A stretch of 64,000 bases of DNA from Octopus sinensis. Its lineage: Eukaryota. The stretch is taken from the NCBI RefSeq assembly GCF_006345805.1, contig NC_043021.1, positions 14,818,001 to 14,882,000 on the forward strand, in the 5' to 3' direction. The first letter of the stretch is position 1. The number at the start of each line of letters is the position of its first letter. Below the pieces are notes generated by a model, which saw nothing but the letters and a program-made list of their open reading frames with translations, did no database searches and was not told the origin of the DNA. Below, in pieces: positions 24,346 through 38,348 of this stretch. A program made the translations under genes and the position numbers.

Positions 24346-25384
24346 ACTTTTTTAACCAATTACCCCAAAATATATTTATTTACACCAACATTACCTGATT
24401 GATTTGAAAGGGAGAAAAAAATCAGATTCCTTGAATTCAAAAGGTTTATTAAAAGGAACCCTTTTTTTATATATAATTTTACTTATATCTAATGTGTTCT
24501 CATTACCCTGAAGAATTTCATTTTTACTCCACTTTGGGTAATTTACCCAAGTTCACCAATCCTTGTACTAGCGCATACAGCAATGATGATATTACTGACA
24601 TCATTTGAAGAAAGTGAAGGTGGATGTAGGAAATAGTTAGGCATTTGGGAGGGGTTTGGTGGGGGTAGTTTTGAAGTATCTAAAATGATATTTTAATAAA
24701 AATGTTTTAAAAAATTCAAAGAATAAAAAAAAAGAAATATTTTAATTATTTTAGCTGACTTAATATAATTTAATTGAAGCTACTCCAGAAAAAATTGTTC
24801 CAGATTTAGAAAAGTTGAAGTAGTTTCGTCTATCTACTAACATACAGAATCGATTGATTGATGGATCGATTAATCAATCCATCAATCAATCCATCCATCC
24901 ATTGTGCATACATGCATGTAAGAGGAATGGTTGATGAATCCTTTAGTTCTGTTTTTGTCAGAGGGGAAAGAGCAACACTCTCATTCACTATTTTTCAGAT
25001 CCCCCAAGACTGGTGAAAGAGAGGCATCCTCGACATTTTCAACTAAGTGAAATAACTTAAAGACACCCAATGACCAGATGGTGACATGAAAACCAAGCAA
25101 TAGATTAAGTCTACCATCTAAGCATCTGGTACACAAAAACCTGGTGGATCAAATACCACAAGGCATCTCATCCAATGCTCTAAATTTTCTCCCAATCAAG
25201 TCCCATCCTTAAACTGGTACTTTGTTTTATTAATCTTCAAATAACAAAAGGCAAAGTTGAACTACTAAGAATTAGTAGCCTATTTTCTTTCATTTCATAG
25301 CCTACTACCTTTAATAATAATGATAATAATAATGATAATAATAATGATAATAATATAATAATAATAATAATGATAATAATAATG

Positions 25385-25431
<47 letters not shown>

Positions 25432-25624
25432 CAACAATCATACACAAGATAATGTATTCCAAGTTATACTATGTCTGAAGAAAAAAAGCATACAATGATC
25501 ACAGCTGGAATGTTTTTGGTCATAAATCTGCTCAATCAGGGAAGACTGAAGATGATCTCCATTATTATCACCACCACTACGACAACAACAACAACAACAC
25601 AACAACAGCTCAGCAGCTTATATA

Positions 25625-25855
25625 TATTTCTTTACTACCCACAAGGGGCTAAACACAGAGAGGACAAACAAGGACAGATAAACAGATTAAATCAATTACA
25701 TCGACCCCAGTGTGTAACTGGTACTTAATTTATCGACCCCGAAAGGATGAAAGGCAAAGTCGACCTCGGCGGAATTTGAACCCAGAACGTAACAGCAGCT
25801 GAAATACGGCTACGCATTTCGCCCGACGTGCTAACGTTTCTGCCAGCTCGCCGCA
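25625..25855 (-). mobile_element. SINE-A full-length copy
   Basis: Near-consensus reverse complement of the 2798 copy. Confidence 0.85.
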
Positions 25856-26726
25856 TTATATAGTCAGCATCTACCCTTAAGCTGTAGTTTTCAATAAAAA
25901 GGAGTTTAGCAGATGAAGTAACATCTGGAGAGGATGCCAGATAATATTACCAGATGACTAGATACTTGTTCCTGTAGGAAGTACAAGAAAACTAATGCCA
26001 GCACTATAAATACATTCACATGAGGGTTAGCCTTTTTCTTTTTTGTACATTTATTTTTTTTTTTATAATTTGTTTTGGACATAATGTTAGGATCAAGGGC
26101 TTATTGGAGCATTACCGTCAGTTTAATAACTAGTTTAGAAGGCTGCATATGGGTTGGCAATATATGCTGTATTGATTTTGTCTGCACATGAACAAACAGA
26201 CGCACATGCATATATGTATGTACACACCTACACACAGACATGCATATACATACAAATGTATACATACACATATATACATACATATATACACATACATATA
26301 CATACATACAAATATATACATACACATATATACATACATATACACACATACATATACATACATACATATACATACATACAATATATACATACATACAAAC
26401 AAATATCTACATACACATAAATGATGATGATATATACATACACATCTACATGCATACACCCACTGACATGCTGATACGTGTAGAGAAAATGAAACGCAAA
26501 TGCATTCATGTTTTCAATTTCATACATGAAAGACAAGCTATTCCCAACTGCTTTACACATACATACATACACGTGTGTGCACATGCATGTGTATACACAT
26601 TTTATATATATATATATATAATATATATATATATCTTATACACACATACAAAAACATGTCATATTTTTTTATAAATACACACACACTCACACATGCAAGC
26701 ATGCACATACACATATACAGATGTAT

Positions 26727-26768
<42 letters not shown>

Positions 26769-27199
26769 CTCTGCTACAAAATCCAACTGATTCCATTTCG
26801 ATATGCAAAACCAAAATCTTTACTAAAAGCTTCAAATTCTTCAGCTACCAAGAAATAATCTATACGTCTACTGGATGCTTTCCAGTCTGGCTGTAAAGAT
26901 GTTAACAACAACAACAGCAGCAGCAACAATAACAACAACAACAAAAATAATAATTGTTATAATAATACTGCTTCTGATTCAGGCACAAGGCCAACAATTT
27001 GGAGGAAAATAACTCAGTGGATTCCATCGATTCCAGTAGTCTAGATTGGCATTTCATTTATTACCCCTGAGGAATGAAAGTCAAAGTTGAGTTTAGTGTG
27101 ATCTGAACTCAATTTGACCTTGATAGTAACAAAGAAAATGGTTTTTCATAGCAAAAACCAAGAAAAACTGATGTGGTATAAAAATTAGGACTTCTTGTT

Positions 27200-28055
27200 A
27201 TAGCTGTTGCTAACTTGTTGTTACCATTATTGCTATCTTGTCATCATCATTGCTATCTTCTTCTTGTTGCTGCTATTTTGTTGTCACTGTTGCTATTTTT
27301 CTGTCGTTGTTGTTGCTATCTCGCCATCGTCATCACTATCTTGTCATCATCATTGTCTCTATTTTGTCATTGTCATCCTTGCTATCTTATCATTGCTATC
27401 TTCTTCTTGTTGCTGCTATTTTGTTGTCACTGTTGCTATTTTCCCCGTTCTTTTTTTGTTGCTATCTCGCCATCGTCATCACTATCTTGTCATCATCATT
27501 GTCTATCTTGTCATTGTCACCCTTGCTATCTTGTCATCATCATTGCTATCTTCTTGTTGCTGCGATTTTGTTGTCACTGTTGCTATTTTTCCGTAGTTGT
27601 TGTTGCTATCTCGCCATCGTCATCACTATCTTGTTATCATCATTGTCTCTATCTTGTCATTGTCACCCTATCTTTTCATTATCTCATTGTTGGTAGCTCA
27701 TCATCATCATTGCTATCTTGTTGCCATTGTTGCTATCTTGTTGTCATTGTCAATATCTTACCATTATCAGTTGCTATCTTGTCATTGTCGCTATTTTGTA
27801 CCACCACTAGCTTGTCATCATCATCACTATCTCGTCATCACTGTCGTTATTTCGTCATCGTCGCTACCTCGTTGTCGTTGTTGCTATCTTGTCATCATCA
27901 TTACTATCTTGTCGTCATTGTTGCTATCTTGTTGTTATCAGTTATTTTGTTGTTATCCTGGCTGTCTTGTTATTGCTATCACTCTTGTTGCTATTTTGTT
28001 ATCATTGCTATATTTTTATTGCTTTCCACTTGTTGTTGTTGCTATCTAGTTAAAG
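27200..28055. repeat. Cryptic (TGT/CAT/GCT) repeat with ~145-bp higher-order units
   Basis: ttgctatcttcttcttgttgctgc repeated at ~27250, ~27393, ~27543. Confidence 0.85.
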
Positions 28056-28087
28056 TGAACACTAGTGCAATGCATCAAAGTCATGTA

Positions 28088-28585
28088 ACCAGGAGATAGG
28101 TCAGAGAGAGAGAGAAGAGGGAGAGAGAGAGAGGAGAGAGAGAGAAGAGGGAGAAGGAGAGAGAGAGAAGAGGGAGAGAGAGAGAAGAGGGAGAGAGAGA
28201 GAAGAGGGAGAGAGAGAAGAGAGAGAGAGAAGAGAGAGAGAGAGGAGGGACAGAGAGAGAAGAGAGAGAGAGGAGGGACAGAGAGAGAGAAGAGGGAGAG
28301 AGAGAGAGAGGAAGAGAGAGAAGAGGAAGAGAGAGAAGAGGAAGAGAGAGAAGAGGAAGAGAGAGAAGAGGAAGAGAGAGAAGAGGAAGAGAGAGAGAAG
28401 AGGAAGAGAGAGAGAAGAGGAAGAGAGAGAGAAGAGGAAGAGAGAGAGAAGAGGAGGAGAAAGAAAGAGAAGAGGAGGAAGAAAGAGAGAGAAGAGGAGG
28501 AGGAAGAAAGAGAAGAGGAGGAAGAAAGAGAGAGAAGAGGAGGAAGAGAGAGAATGATTGAGAAAGAGAGGAGAAGAGAGAGATG
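28088..28585. repeat. Polypurine (GA/GAA/GAGG) tract
   Basis: ~500 bp almost devoid of pyrimidines on the + strand. Confidence 0.95.
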
Positions 28586-29565
28586 GAGGTGTCTAAGTCT
28601 CAATGAAGGAAGAGGTTCTGCAAAATATCCCATCCACTGATTTCTATGTCTGGTTCAGTCATTCCTGAACAGAGAGAACAAAGGAACAGAGTAACGCAAT
28701 GTCTCCTTTGTCTTCCTCTAACCTTTTACTTCCTATCACCACCACTAACACTACAGCCAATACAATAACAACAACGAACACCACCTCTATAAAACAACCA
28801 CCCACCACAGCCAATATTACTTATACACACCACTGTCACTAATATACTATGAAAACGACTACTACAACTACCACCACCGATTACTAATACTACCAATAAT
28901 ACTATAACCACCACAACCATTACTACAACTACTACTACAAGAGATGACCACCACCACAAAAATTATTTTTTCTACCACCACCACCACTACCAATACTAAC
29001 ACTATCTCCATCACCATCAGTTTCAATACTAATACCACTTCCAAGTACTGCCAGAAACACTGCTGTTACTACTACTACTATAACACATTCTCCAATTGCT
29101 ACCACTGTTAACACTGTAACCACTTGCCAATTTTTACTACACCTACTACTACTGCCACCATCACTACCAGTTTGCAATACCACTGACGTCAGATATTGCC
29201 AAAAATATTCTCCCCCCCCCATCCCTGCAACTATAAACATTTGCCCTCCCTCAACCATTGCAGCAAACACCACCACCAAAACCACCACCACCAAAACCAC
29301 CACCACCACAGCCGTGACTGGTTCCAAATAGCAGCCAAATCTGCTCTTACCTTTTGATATCACCCCAAGCAAGACTGACCTTGGTTTTATGATACAAACT
29401 TCCTGCTTTAAAGTGATCTAAATTAAAGCCCTTCATTAAAATTTCATGTTAATTTGTCTCAAACAGCAGCTTAATAATGACAAAATCATTTTACCAAATT
29501 CTTCATTATTTTCCAAAAAATAATTCAAAGAAAGGCAACAGAAATACGGTAACAAAGGGATTAAA

Positions 29566-30180
29566 CAGTGGTTCTCAATCAGATTTCATCATCATCATCG
29601 TTTAATGTCCGCTTTCCATGCTGGCATGGGTTGGATAGTTTAGTTTGACTGACAAGACAGAAGGCTGCACCAGGCTCCAATCTGATCTGGCAAAGTTTTT
29701 ACAGTTGGAACCCTTCCTAATGCCAACCATTCCGAGAGTGTAGTGGGTGCTTTTATGTGCCACCAGCATGAGGGCCAGTCAGGCAGTACTAGCAATGACC
29801 ACACTCAAAAGGTGTTTTTACGTGTCACCTGCACAGGAGCCAGTCTGGCAGCACTGGCAACGATCACACTCAAATGTTGTTTTTCACGTGCCCATATAAG
29901 ATTTTTGGGGGTCTACACAACAAAATAGTAAATTGGGGATCCACAATATTTTAAGGGTCCTTGAAAAATTTTGCCTCAGATGAATGTATTGGTATGTATT
30001 GCAAGAAACAGGTTTCTTTCTCTAACATTTTACATAGTTCAAACTACACAAGTTAATGCGTGGGAAACAAAATAGGAATTTTTAAAGGAACTTCAATAAA
30101 ACTAGTCAAATAGCTATGAGGGCCCACCAGAATAAAATGGTAATCAAAAGGGTTCATAAGTAAAAAAAATGGTTGAGAAT
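29566..30180. mobile_element. hAT-like MITE with a nested SINE-C (29585-29890)
   Basis: CAGTGGTTCTCAATC at 5' end and GGTTGAGAAT at 3' end; family-C sequence inside. Confidence 0.55.
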
Positions 30181-30550
30181 TAAGTACCAGTTGTGTACTG
30201 GGTCGATCTAATCAACTGCCCTCCCCCCCACAAAAATTTTTTTGGGTGTTAAAAGGATTATTATCCTTTGGGTGTTAAAAAGGATTATTATCATCATCAT
30301 TATTATTATTCTTAAGGCGGCAAGGTGACAGAATCATTAGCATGTGAGGCAAAATACTTAGCAGTATTTCATTTGTCTTTATGTCCTGAGTTCAAATTCT
30401 GCCAAGGTCAACTTTGCCTTTCATCCTTTTGGGATTGATAAATTAATTACCAGTTGAACACTGGGGTCGATTTAATTCACTTACCCCTTCCCCCAAACCT
30501 GCTGGCTTCGTACCAAAATTTGAAACCATTATTATTATTATTATTATTAT

Positions 30551-30920
30551 AGAGAGGGAAGTGCTGTCCGATAGCAAGTTTGCTGAAAGGTGGATAAATG
30601 TCGCAAGAATGGCCAGTATGAAAGGAGCCATTCTGAGGGTTGCACCTGTGATTTAAAAAGGTAATATAAAATGAGAAAGGGGCTCTCTACCCCACTTTTG
30701 ACCAGGCTCCTGTTGGCTTTTACTGGTTTTTTTCCACCAGGAACCTTTCATAACGTCTCCCCCTATTGGGGGTCTTTCGTTGTTATATTTTCGTTGTTAA
30801 ACTGCTTTTTTTACTCGATTTTTTTCACAAACGGACAAAACCCTTTGTAACCTTTCGTCCTGTTTTGTCCCTTTATGTAATAATTGATTTTTGTCAGCCC
30901 TTGTGGCCAATAAAAGAATT
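30551..30920 (+). mobile_element. L1/Tx1-type LINE extreme 3' end
   Basis: EREVLSDSKFAERWINVARMASMKG matches the C-terminus at ~36415; AATAAA-like end followed by (ATT)n. Confidence 0.7.
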
Positions 30921-30921
30921 A

Positions 30922-30954
<33 letters not shown>

Positions 30955-31877
30955 TGCCATAAGGACACCAGATGAGGAACGTTACTAAGAAAGATGTATA
31001 TAAAAAAAATTGGTGTGTGGTGTAATAGATTGTGTGCAGAAGGAATAATGCCAAAATATTTGTATAAATTAAACACACACACACACACACACACACAGAG
31101 GGTATCGAGTGTTGTCTGCCTGGAACAGAGGGAGTGAAATTAAGCAGAGTGGGGATGCAATAGGTGTGTAGAAGGGCCAACACTGCTCCCAATTATTCTT
31201 CCCAGCACTCCACCACCAGCACCACCACCACCACCAGAATTACAAAGTGAATCTTGGGGAGAGTGTGCAAGGATCAGCGGAGAACAGGGGTGACTAGAAG
31301 CAAGGTGTGGAAATAGGGGGGAAAATCTCATGAATAACATGGAAGGCCTAAATAGCAACAAGAAAAATACTAACAACAATGATAATAATAATAACAATAA
31401 TGATGATGATAATAATAATAATAGGAGGAATGTGATATTATGTGAACAGTACCAGTTTATTGACATATCCAGTGGAGTGAGGTTGGAGATGGTGCCAATG
31501 TCTACAAGAATTACTGGAAAAAATATAAAAAGAAAACAGGCTGGGGGAGAGGAGGGCGAGAGACAAAGGGAGGAGAGAAGAATTAAGTAAAAAAAGAGGA
31601 AAATATAAAAAAAAGAATAAGAAGAAAAAATAATAGAAAAAGAAGTATAAAAACAGCCAAACAGGAAAAATAAGAATGGAATAAAAAAAAAGAATGAAAA
31701 TGAATGAAATAGGAGAAATGAAAAGAAGACGATGGAAAGAAAGAAGAAAAAAGAACAAAAAGATTTTAAAGAAAATATGAATAAATTTAAAAGAAAAAAG
31801 GAAAAGCAACAAAATTGAAAAATAAAAGGTAAAGTAGACAAAAAGAAGAACAACAATGCAAGTCAAAATTAAACAGC

Positions 31878-32150
31878 CCTTACCAAATAAAGGCACTAGA
31901 GATCCTTATCTAAGACAGCACATATCCTTGCCTAGTAAAAAGGCACCAGAGATTCTTACCTAATGTAAAGAAATCACAGATCCTTACCTAAAACAAACAT
32001 CAGAGAGTCTTACCTAATAAAGATATCCCAGTCCCTCACCTAAAGACAGCATCACTTAAGATAAAGACACTACAAATCCTTACCTAATAAACACACCACA
32101 AGCTTTCACCAAATATAAGGCAGCATAGATCCTTACCTCATAAAAACATC
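31878..32150 (-). repeat. Degenerate 21-28-bp minisatellite with a GATCCTTACCTAA core
   Basis: About ten units; exact CTTACCTAA at 31955, 31983, 32009, 32079. Confidence 0.85.
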
Positions 32151-32485
32151 AAGGAGAGACAAACATCACTATATACTTGCTTAGAATTTTACCTGAGGAT
32201 AGTGGATTCTATGTATTATATGTTATGACGTAATCTATGAATACATAAATAATATTCTACCGAAACAGCTGTCATGAATTTAAAACCCCATTTGGGTTTT
32301 CTTTTTTTTTTTATAGCTATGCCACACCGAGAACCAGCCCTGAGTCAGATCTACAGCTTAAATTGAATTTGGTACTTACATACCTACAGTATCTTACCAA
32401 CACGATACCTTCATGATTGTTTTACCTCACAGCGAACCTTATGTTATTGTGCCTAGCCATTTCCAGCATACTACATGATGTGCCT

Positions 32486-32788
32486 GTGGAGGCACATGGC
32501 CGAGTGGTTAGAGCAGTGGACTCGCAGTTGAGGGATCGCGGGTTCGGATCTCAGACCGGGCGATGTGTGTGTTTATGAATGAAACACCTAAGCTCCACGT
32601 GGCTCCGGCAGAAGGTAATGGCGAACTTCTGCTGACTCTTTCGCCACAACTTTCTCTCACTCTTTCCTCCTGCATCTTGCAGCTCGCCTGCAATGGACCG
32701 GCGTCCCGTCCAGGTGGGGAACCTATACGCCAAGGAAACTGGGAAACCAGCCCTAATGAGCCAGGCATGGCTCGAGAAGGAACAAACA
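32486..32788 (+). mobile_element. tRNA-derived SINE (family D-like), full length
   Basis: A box TGGCCGAGTGG, B box GGTTCGGATCT, 13-bp TSD acatgatgtgcct (32473-32485, 32789-32801). Confidence 0.9.
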
Positions 32789-32829
32789 ACATGATGTGCC
32801 TAGACTCTAATGAAACTTACAATAATACC

Positions 32830-33062
32830 AAGGTGGCGAGCTGGCAGAAACGTTAGCACGCTGGGTGAAATGCTTAGCGGTACTTCACCTGTCTTCACAT
32901 TCTGAGTTCAAATTCCACCGAGGTTGAATTTGCCTTTCATCCTTTCGGGGTCGATAAATTAAGTGCTAGTTACGCACTGGGGTCGATGTAATCAACTTAA
33001 TCCCTTTGTCTGTCCTTGTTTGTCCCCTCTATGTTTAGCCCCCTGTGGGCAATAAAGAAATA
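32830..33062 (+). mobile_element. SINE-A full-length copy
   Basis: Matches the family consensus seen elsewhere in the window. Confidence 0.85.
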
Positions 33063-33619
33063 AGAAACTTACAACTAATAAACTATGATGATGATGTGTG
33101 TGTTTGTGTGTGTGTGTTATTTAATAACAGTTTGATTTGGTGCCAAGCCATTCAAACAGACCTATCTCATCAGGATTAGGCAACTGAATGAAGAAATAGA
33201 GGAAACTGATGGTGGCTACTGGAGGTTGAGCCACTATTGGTCAAGGCAAATAACAAACTGTTAATAGATAATATATATAACTCCTGCTAAATGTGGTCGA
33301 GTGCCTCCTTCTTTCAATTTCCCACTCACTCGTACATGACATAACAGACATACATTTGAAACTGTCCCAGTAAATTTAAGAGCACTACAGAATAACATTT
33401 ATTAAAAGAACACTATTAACTCTCTAAAACAGTTCACAATGGTGGTGGTGGTGGTGGTGGTGGTGGGAGTAGCAATGATGATGTTTACTGTTATTGGTAA
33501 TGTTATTAGTAGCGATGGTAGTGATGGTGGTGTTGGTAGAGAAGGAGTAGGAACTGGTGCTTAAAAGGATTTGGAATTAAGCTTTGCATAAACATGCATC
33601 CTCCCTCAATATCTCTGTA

Positions 33620-33714
33620 TCTATCTATGTCATCCATCTGTTTTCTATCTCTCTATCCATCTATCTATCAGTCTGTCTATCAGTCTGTCTATCAGTCTGT
33701 CTGTCTGTCTATCA

Positions 33715-33759
<45 letters not shown>

Positions 33760-33783
33760 TCTATCAGTCTGTCTATCTATTTA

Positions 33784-33818
<35 letters not shown>

Positions 33819-33880
33819 GTCTATCTATCTATCTATCTATCTATCTGTCTGTCTGTCTATCTACCAGTCTATCTATCTCT
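33620..33880. repeat. (TCTA)/(TCTG) tetranucleotide repeat
   Basis: Direct inspection. Confidence 0.95.
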
Positions 33881-34964
33881 TTCTTTCTCAGCATGTATGT
33901 CTACATATGTATTACGTTTCAAGTGGACATTCACTATTCTGGTATTTCATAATACCGACAATACCAAAAGGAGTGGGGAGTGTGCATGGTGTGGTGGAGA
34001 TCTTCATGTTACACATGTCTTGTCATTCAATCAGATGGCAATAAACCTCACAATAAACAAGAAAAGAGAGGGGGAAAAAAAGCCAAAAAAGAAGAGGTGG
34101 ACTTTCTTTCATCTCCATCGTTTTTTTCTTTTACCTTAAACATGAGTGGTGCAGAGGGGGGGAGGAGGAATTTGTGTGTGTGGGGTGAAGGTATGCCTCT
34201 ATACATTTGTGTATATGGACGTTTATGTAAGAAATTGAATGTGGGCGGGTGTGAGTGTATAAGTGTCTCAGAGAGTATTGTCTATATATGTATGTGTGTT
34301 TGTATGCGTGTGCATATATAGATGTGTGTGTGTGTCTGTGTAAAGTGCATGTTTATAAATGTATACGTATGTTCATGTGTCTTTTATCTTTTACCAGTTT
34401 CAGTCATTGGACTGTGGCCATGCTGGGGCACTGCCTTGAAGAATTTAGCTGAACAAATCAACCCTGTTACTTGTATTTTCTTTTTTAGCCACATACTTAT
34501 TCTGTCCGTCTCTTTTTGCTGAACTACTAAGTCACAGGCACACAAACAGGCCAACACTGGTGGGGAACCAACACATGGGTGCACACACACACAGAGAATG
34601 AGCTTCTTTCAGTTTTCATCTACCAAATCCACTCACAATGCTTCGGTTGGCCTAGGGCTATAGTAGAAGACACTTGCCCGAGGTGCCACGCAGTAGGATT
34701 GAAACCAGAACCATGTGACTGGGAAGCAAGATTCTTACCACACAGCCATACCTGCACCTGCTCGTTCACTTAAACTAAATACATCACAGTACATGCATAC
34801 ATGTGCACTTGTGCACACACATGCAAAGTGCATGCATACATATATGCAATACAAGGAAAAATATTAGTTACACATAAGCAGTAAGGAGGTCAATAACGAA
34901 ATGCATTGTAAAGTGTTAAGAGTAAAACACTTGAATTATCATCATCATCATCATCATAAACTAT

Positions 34965-35345
34965 GGCGTTGAGCTGGTAGAATGACTGGAGCGTCGGATA
35001 AAATGCTTAGGAATTACGCCTTCCGGTTCTTTACATTCTGAGTTCATATCCTGGTGAGGTCAACTTTGCTTTTCATCTTCTCAGAGTCGATAAAATTAAT
35101 ACCAGTCATGTACTGGGATCAAAGCAATCAACTACAGCACCCTTAAAAAAAATTGGCTGTCGGATAAAATGCTTAGGAACTACGCCTTCCGGTTCTTTAC
35201 ATTCTGAGTTCATATCCTGGTGAGGTCAACTTTGCTTTTCATCTTCTCAGAGTCGATAAAATTAATACCAGTCATGTACTGGGATCAATGCAATCAACTA
35301 CAGCACCCCTAAAAAAAAATTGGCTACCATCAAGCTAAAATTTGA
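34965..35345 (+). mobile_element. Diverged SINE-A with an internal ~166-bp tandem duplication
   Basis: tcggataaaatgcttagga at 34994 and 35160. Confidence 0.8.
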
Positions 35346-35865
35346 AACAACTTTCTGTTGTGTTGTTGCCTTTACTGAACTCATAAAGCAAAATATGCTG
35401 AATATGCTCCTTTGTCACTTCTATTACAGATTTGAAAAAATAACTTAAAACTGAACTGCAATCTTTAAAACTTACACAAGGTAACAGTACTACCTGCTTT
35501 TATAGCAAGTTAATGCAGGGAGTTTGTCCTACTCTCTCCAACATTTAGTTCACGTAACTGAAAAAACCACATTATTTATGGGCGGACCCAATATTACTAT
35601 TATGGCGACAAACTAGCAAAATTATTAGAGTATTGGATAATATGATCGGTGGTATTTCTTCCGGCTCTTTACATTCTCAATTCATATCCTGCCAAGGTCA
35701 ACTTTAGCTTTCATCCACTCAGAGTAGATAAAATAAAGTACCAGTCAAGTACTGGAGTCAATGGAACCAACCAACACCCATTCCCTTCCCTCTAAGATTG
35801 ATGGCCTTGTACTAAAATTTGAAACAATTACTATAATGATGATAATAATAACAATAACAATTATT

Positions 35866-36795
35866 AGAATGTCGTCAGGCGCTCACAGCCATCTATTAGT
35901 CAAGCAATGGGATCGGTAGATGTTCTGCTTTAGGAATTTATAGAGGATTAGTGGCAGGCAAGTGTGACAATGTTCTTGGGGAGACTCTGGGTGCCGACAA
36001 GAACAAACTGGCTAGTCTGTTCCAAGGGACTTTCTGGTCAGGAACTATCATGGATAATATCCAGATGTCCTTGGCAGGCATGGATGTGCTGTCAGATGGG
36101 CTTGTCCAAGGTGCATGCAGAATGATGAAACCATTCTACATGCCCTCATTCAGTGTTAGGGCATTGCCGACTTGTGGGATTATGTCGAACAGCTGCTGTC
36201 ACGTGGCACAGATCTGGCTGTCGGCCAAGCCAGTAGTGACGATTGCACTGCTACCCTCCTTCAATTGGGCAGGCAAGGCAATTTTCTTTTGCCTGGTGGC
36301 TGTGGTTAAAGAGATTGTCTAGTGGATGAGGCTGAAAGGCATGAGTACAGACACATTCCTCTCTGGTAGAGCTCTCATTTGACTTCTTCAAGTTTCACTT
36401 GAAAAGGAGATTGAGAGTGGAGAGGGAAGTGCTGTCCTCGAGTGAGTTTATTGAAGGTTGCAAAAATGGCCAGAGTGGATGGTATTTCTCTAAGTATAGA
36501 CCTGTGGGTTGGAGAGAAGGAATTGGAGAGAGCACTTGCTCCTGGGATTCAGGGAAATCTCAGACAGTAGGGTTCCTCGATTATCCATAGAGGCATTCCT
36601 GTATCAGGAGGGCCACATCTCTATCATTCTCCCTGCCATTTTTTTTTTACCTTTGTATGCTATTCATATGTCCCTTCTTTTTCAGTGTATACCTTTTTTT
36701 TTTGTTGTCATTTCATTATTATATGTAAACCTTCACACTTTATGTCTGTCTCTGTAATGTCCCCCACATCTGTCGCCCTCGTGGCAAATAAATGA
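35866..36795 (+). mobile_element. Decayed L1/Tx1-type LINE ORF2 C-terminus and 3' UTR
   Basis: CPRCMQNDETILHALIQC (CX2CX8HX4C, 36103-36156); frameshifts and stops; ends gtggcaaataaatgaaat. Confidence 0.85.
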
Positions 36796-37294
36796 AATCC
36801 TCATCCTCATCATCATCATTATTATTATTACTACCAACAAGGTAGCAAGCTGGCAGAACTGTTTGCATGCCAGGCAAAATGCTTAGAGGCATTTTGATTG
36901 TCTTTACATTATGAGTTCAAACGGGGTTGATGAAATAACTTAGTGGTTCAGCAAAAAGAGACAGACAGAATAAGTATGTGGCTAAAATAAGAAAATACAA
37001 GTAACAGGGTTGATTTGTTCGGCTGAACCCTTCAAGGCAGGGTTTAGGATGTTTGGCTCAGGATCATAAATACAAGGGTTCAATTCCTGGATAAGGTAAC
37101 GTTGTTTATTACCTTGAGCAAGGCACTTCATTTCAGATTATCACATTACTCAGATGAGAAAGAGTACCATTCAAATGCTTATATAGCTCTCTCTCAGTAG
37201 CTGGCACATCCCAAATCCTGACTGTGCCACATGGTCAATGAGTGGGAGAGCTAAAAGGGCATGTGTTTGTCTGCTTATGACTACACAGGTACTC

Positions 37295-37504
37295 TCTCTT
37301 TTACTCTTTTACTTGTTTCAGTCATTTGACTGCGGCCATGCTGGAGCACCGCCTTTAGTCGAGCAAATCGACCCCGGGACTTATTCTTTGTAAGCCCAGT
37401 ACTTATTCTATCAGTCTCTTTTGCCGAACCGCTAAGTGACGGGGACGTAAACACACCAGCATCAGTTGTCAATCAATGCTAGGGGGACAAACATAGACAC
37501 ACAA

Positions 37505-37543
<39 letters not shown>

Positions 37544-37705
37544 CAATGGGCTTCTTTCAGTTTCCGTCTACCAAATCCACTCACAAAGCTTTGGTCGGCC
37601 CGAGGCTATAGTAGAAGACACTTGCCCAAGGTGCCACGCAGTGGGACTGAACCCGGAACCATATGGTTGGTAAGCAAGCTACTTACCACACAGCCACTCC
37701 AGCGC
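37295..37705 (-). mobile_element. SINE-B full length, young
   Basis: Near-identical to copies at 39592, 51205, 59465. Confidence 0.9.
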
Positions 37706-37786
37706 CTAAAAAAATTAATAAAAGCATGGTTCATATGCTACCAGGCTTTACTTGTTCATAGATGATGACTGGCACTTTTCATGCAT

Positions 37787-37819
<33 letters not shown>

Positions 37820-37829
37820 CATACATACA

Positions 37830-37865
<36 letters not shown>

Positions 37866-38317
37866 TATGTGCATACATACATAGATTGATAGAGTTGGGG
37901 GAGGTGAGGTGTACAGGTATGAAACCCTTTAAATTGATACTAAGGTTTCACTTAAGTACTACTAATGCAGATATTTATAATCTTCACAAAACGGAAAGGA
38001 AGAAAGGAACACTTAATGGATACCATGACATAGGTATGGTTTCACGATCAGGTTACCTATGTTTAATCACACACAGACACACAAACATACATACATATAT
38101 ATACACACATATACACACGCATTCATGTATAAACATATACATACATACATATACACATGCAGTCATATATATATATACATACATACATATATACACACAC
38201 ACACACACACATACATTTTTATACACACACACACATACATATAAGATCCACAGACTCCACCATCCTCAAAGCTTGTTTTGAGAACTCAAATGTTTTTACA
38301 TGTAAAATAAGTAGGGT

Positions 38318-38348
<31 letters not shown>

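Noticed and set aside
27207-28633. 294-aa Cys/His-rich and Leu/Ser-rich ORFs
   Set aside because: Cryptic trinucleotide and GA repeats; low complexity in all frames
32317-32371. Plus-strand exon YATPRTSPESDLQLKLNL after a strong acceptor
   Set aside because: Donor GTACTT is weak and there is no compatible neighbouring exon
32486-32560. Functional tRNA genes (also 43681, 46865-46936, 61773)
   Set aside because: A/B boxes are present but acceptor and anticodon stems are disrupted, and each head continues into a SINE body
36399-36757. Host coding ORFs
   Set aside because: Frameshifted pieces of the L1/Tx1 ORF2 end and 3' UTR
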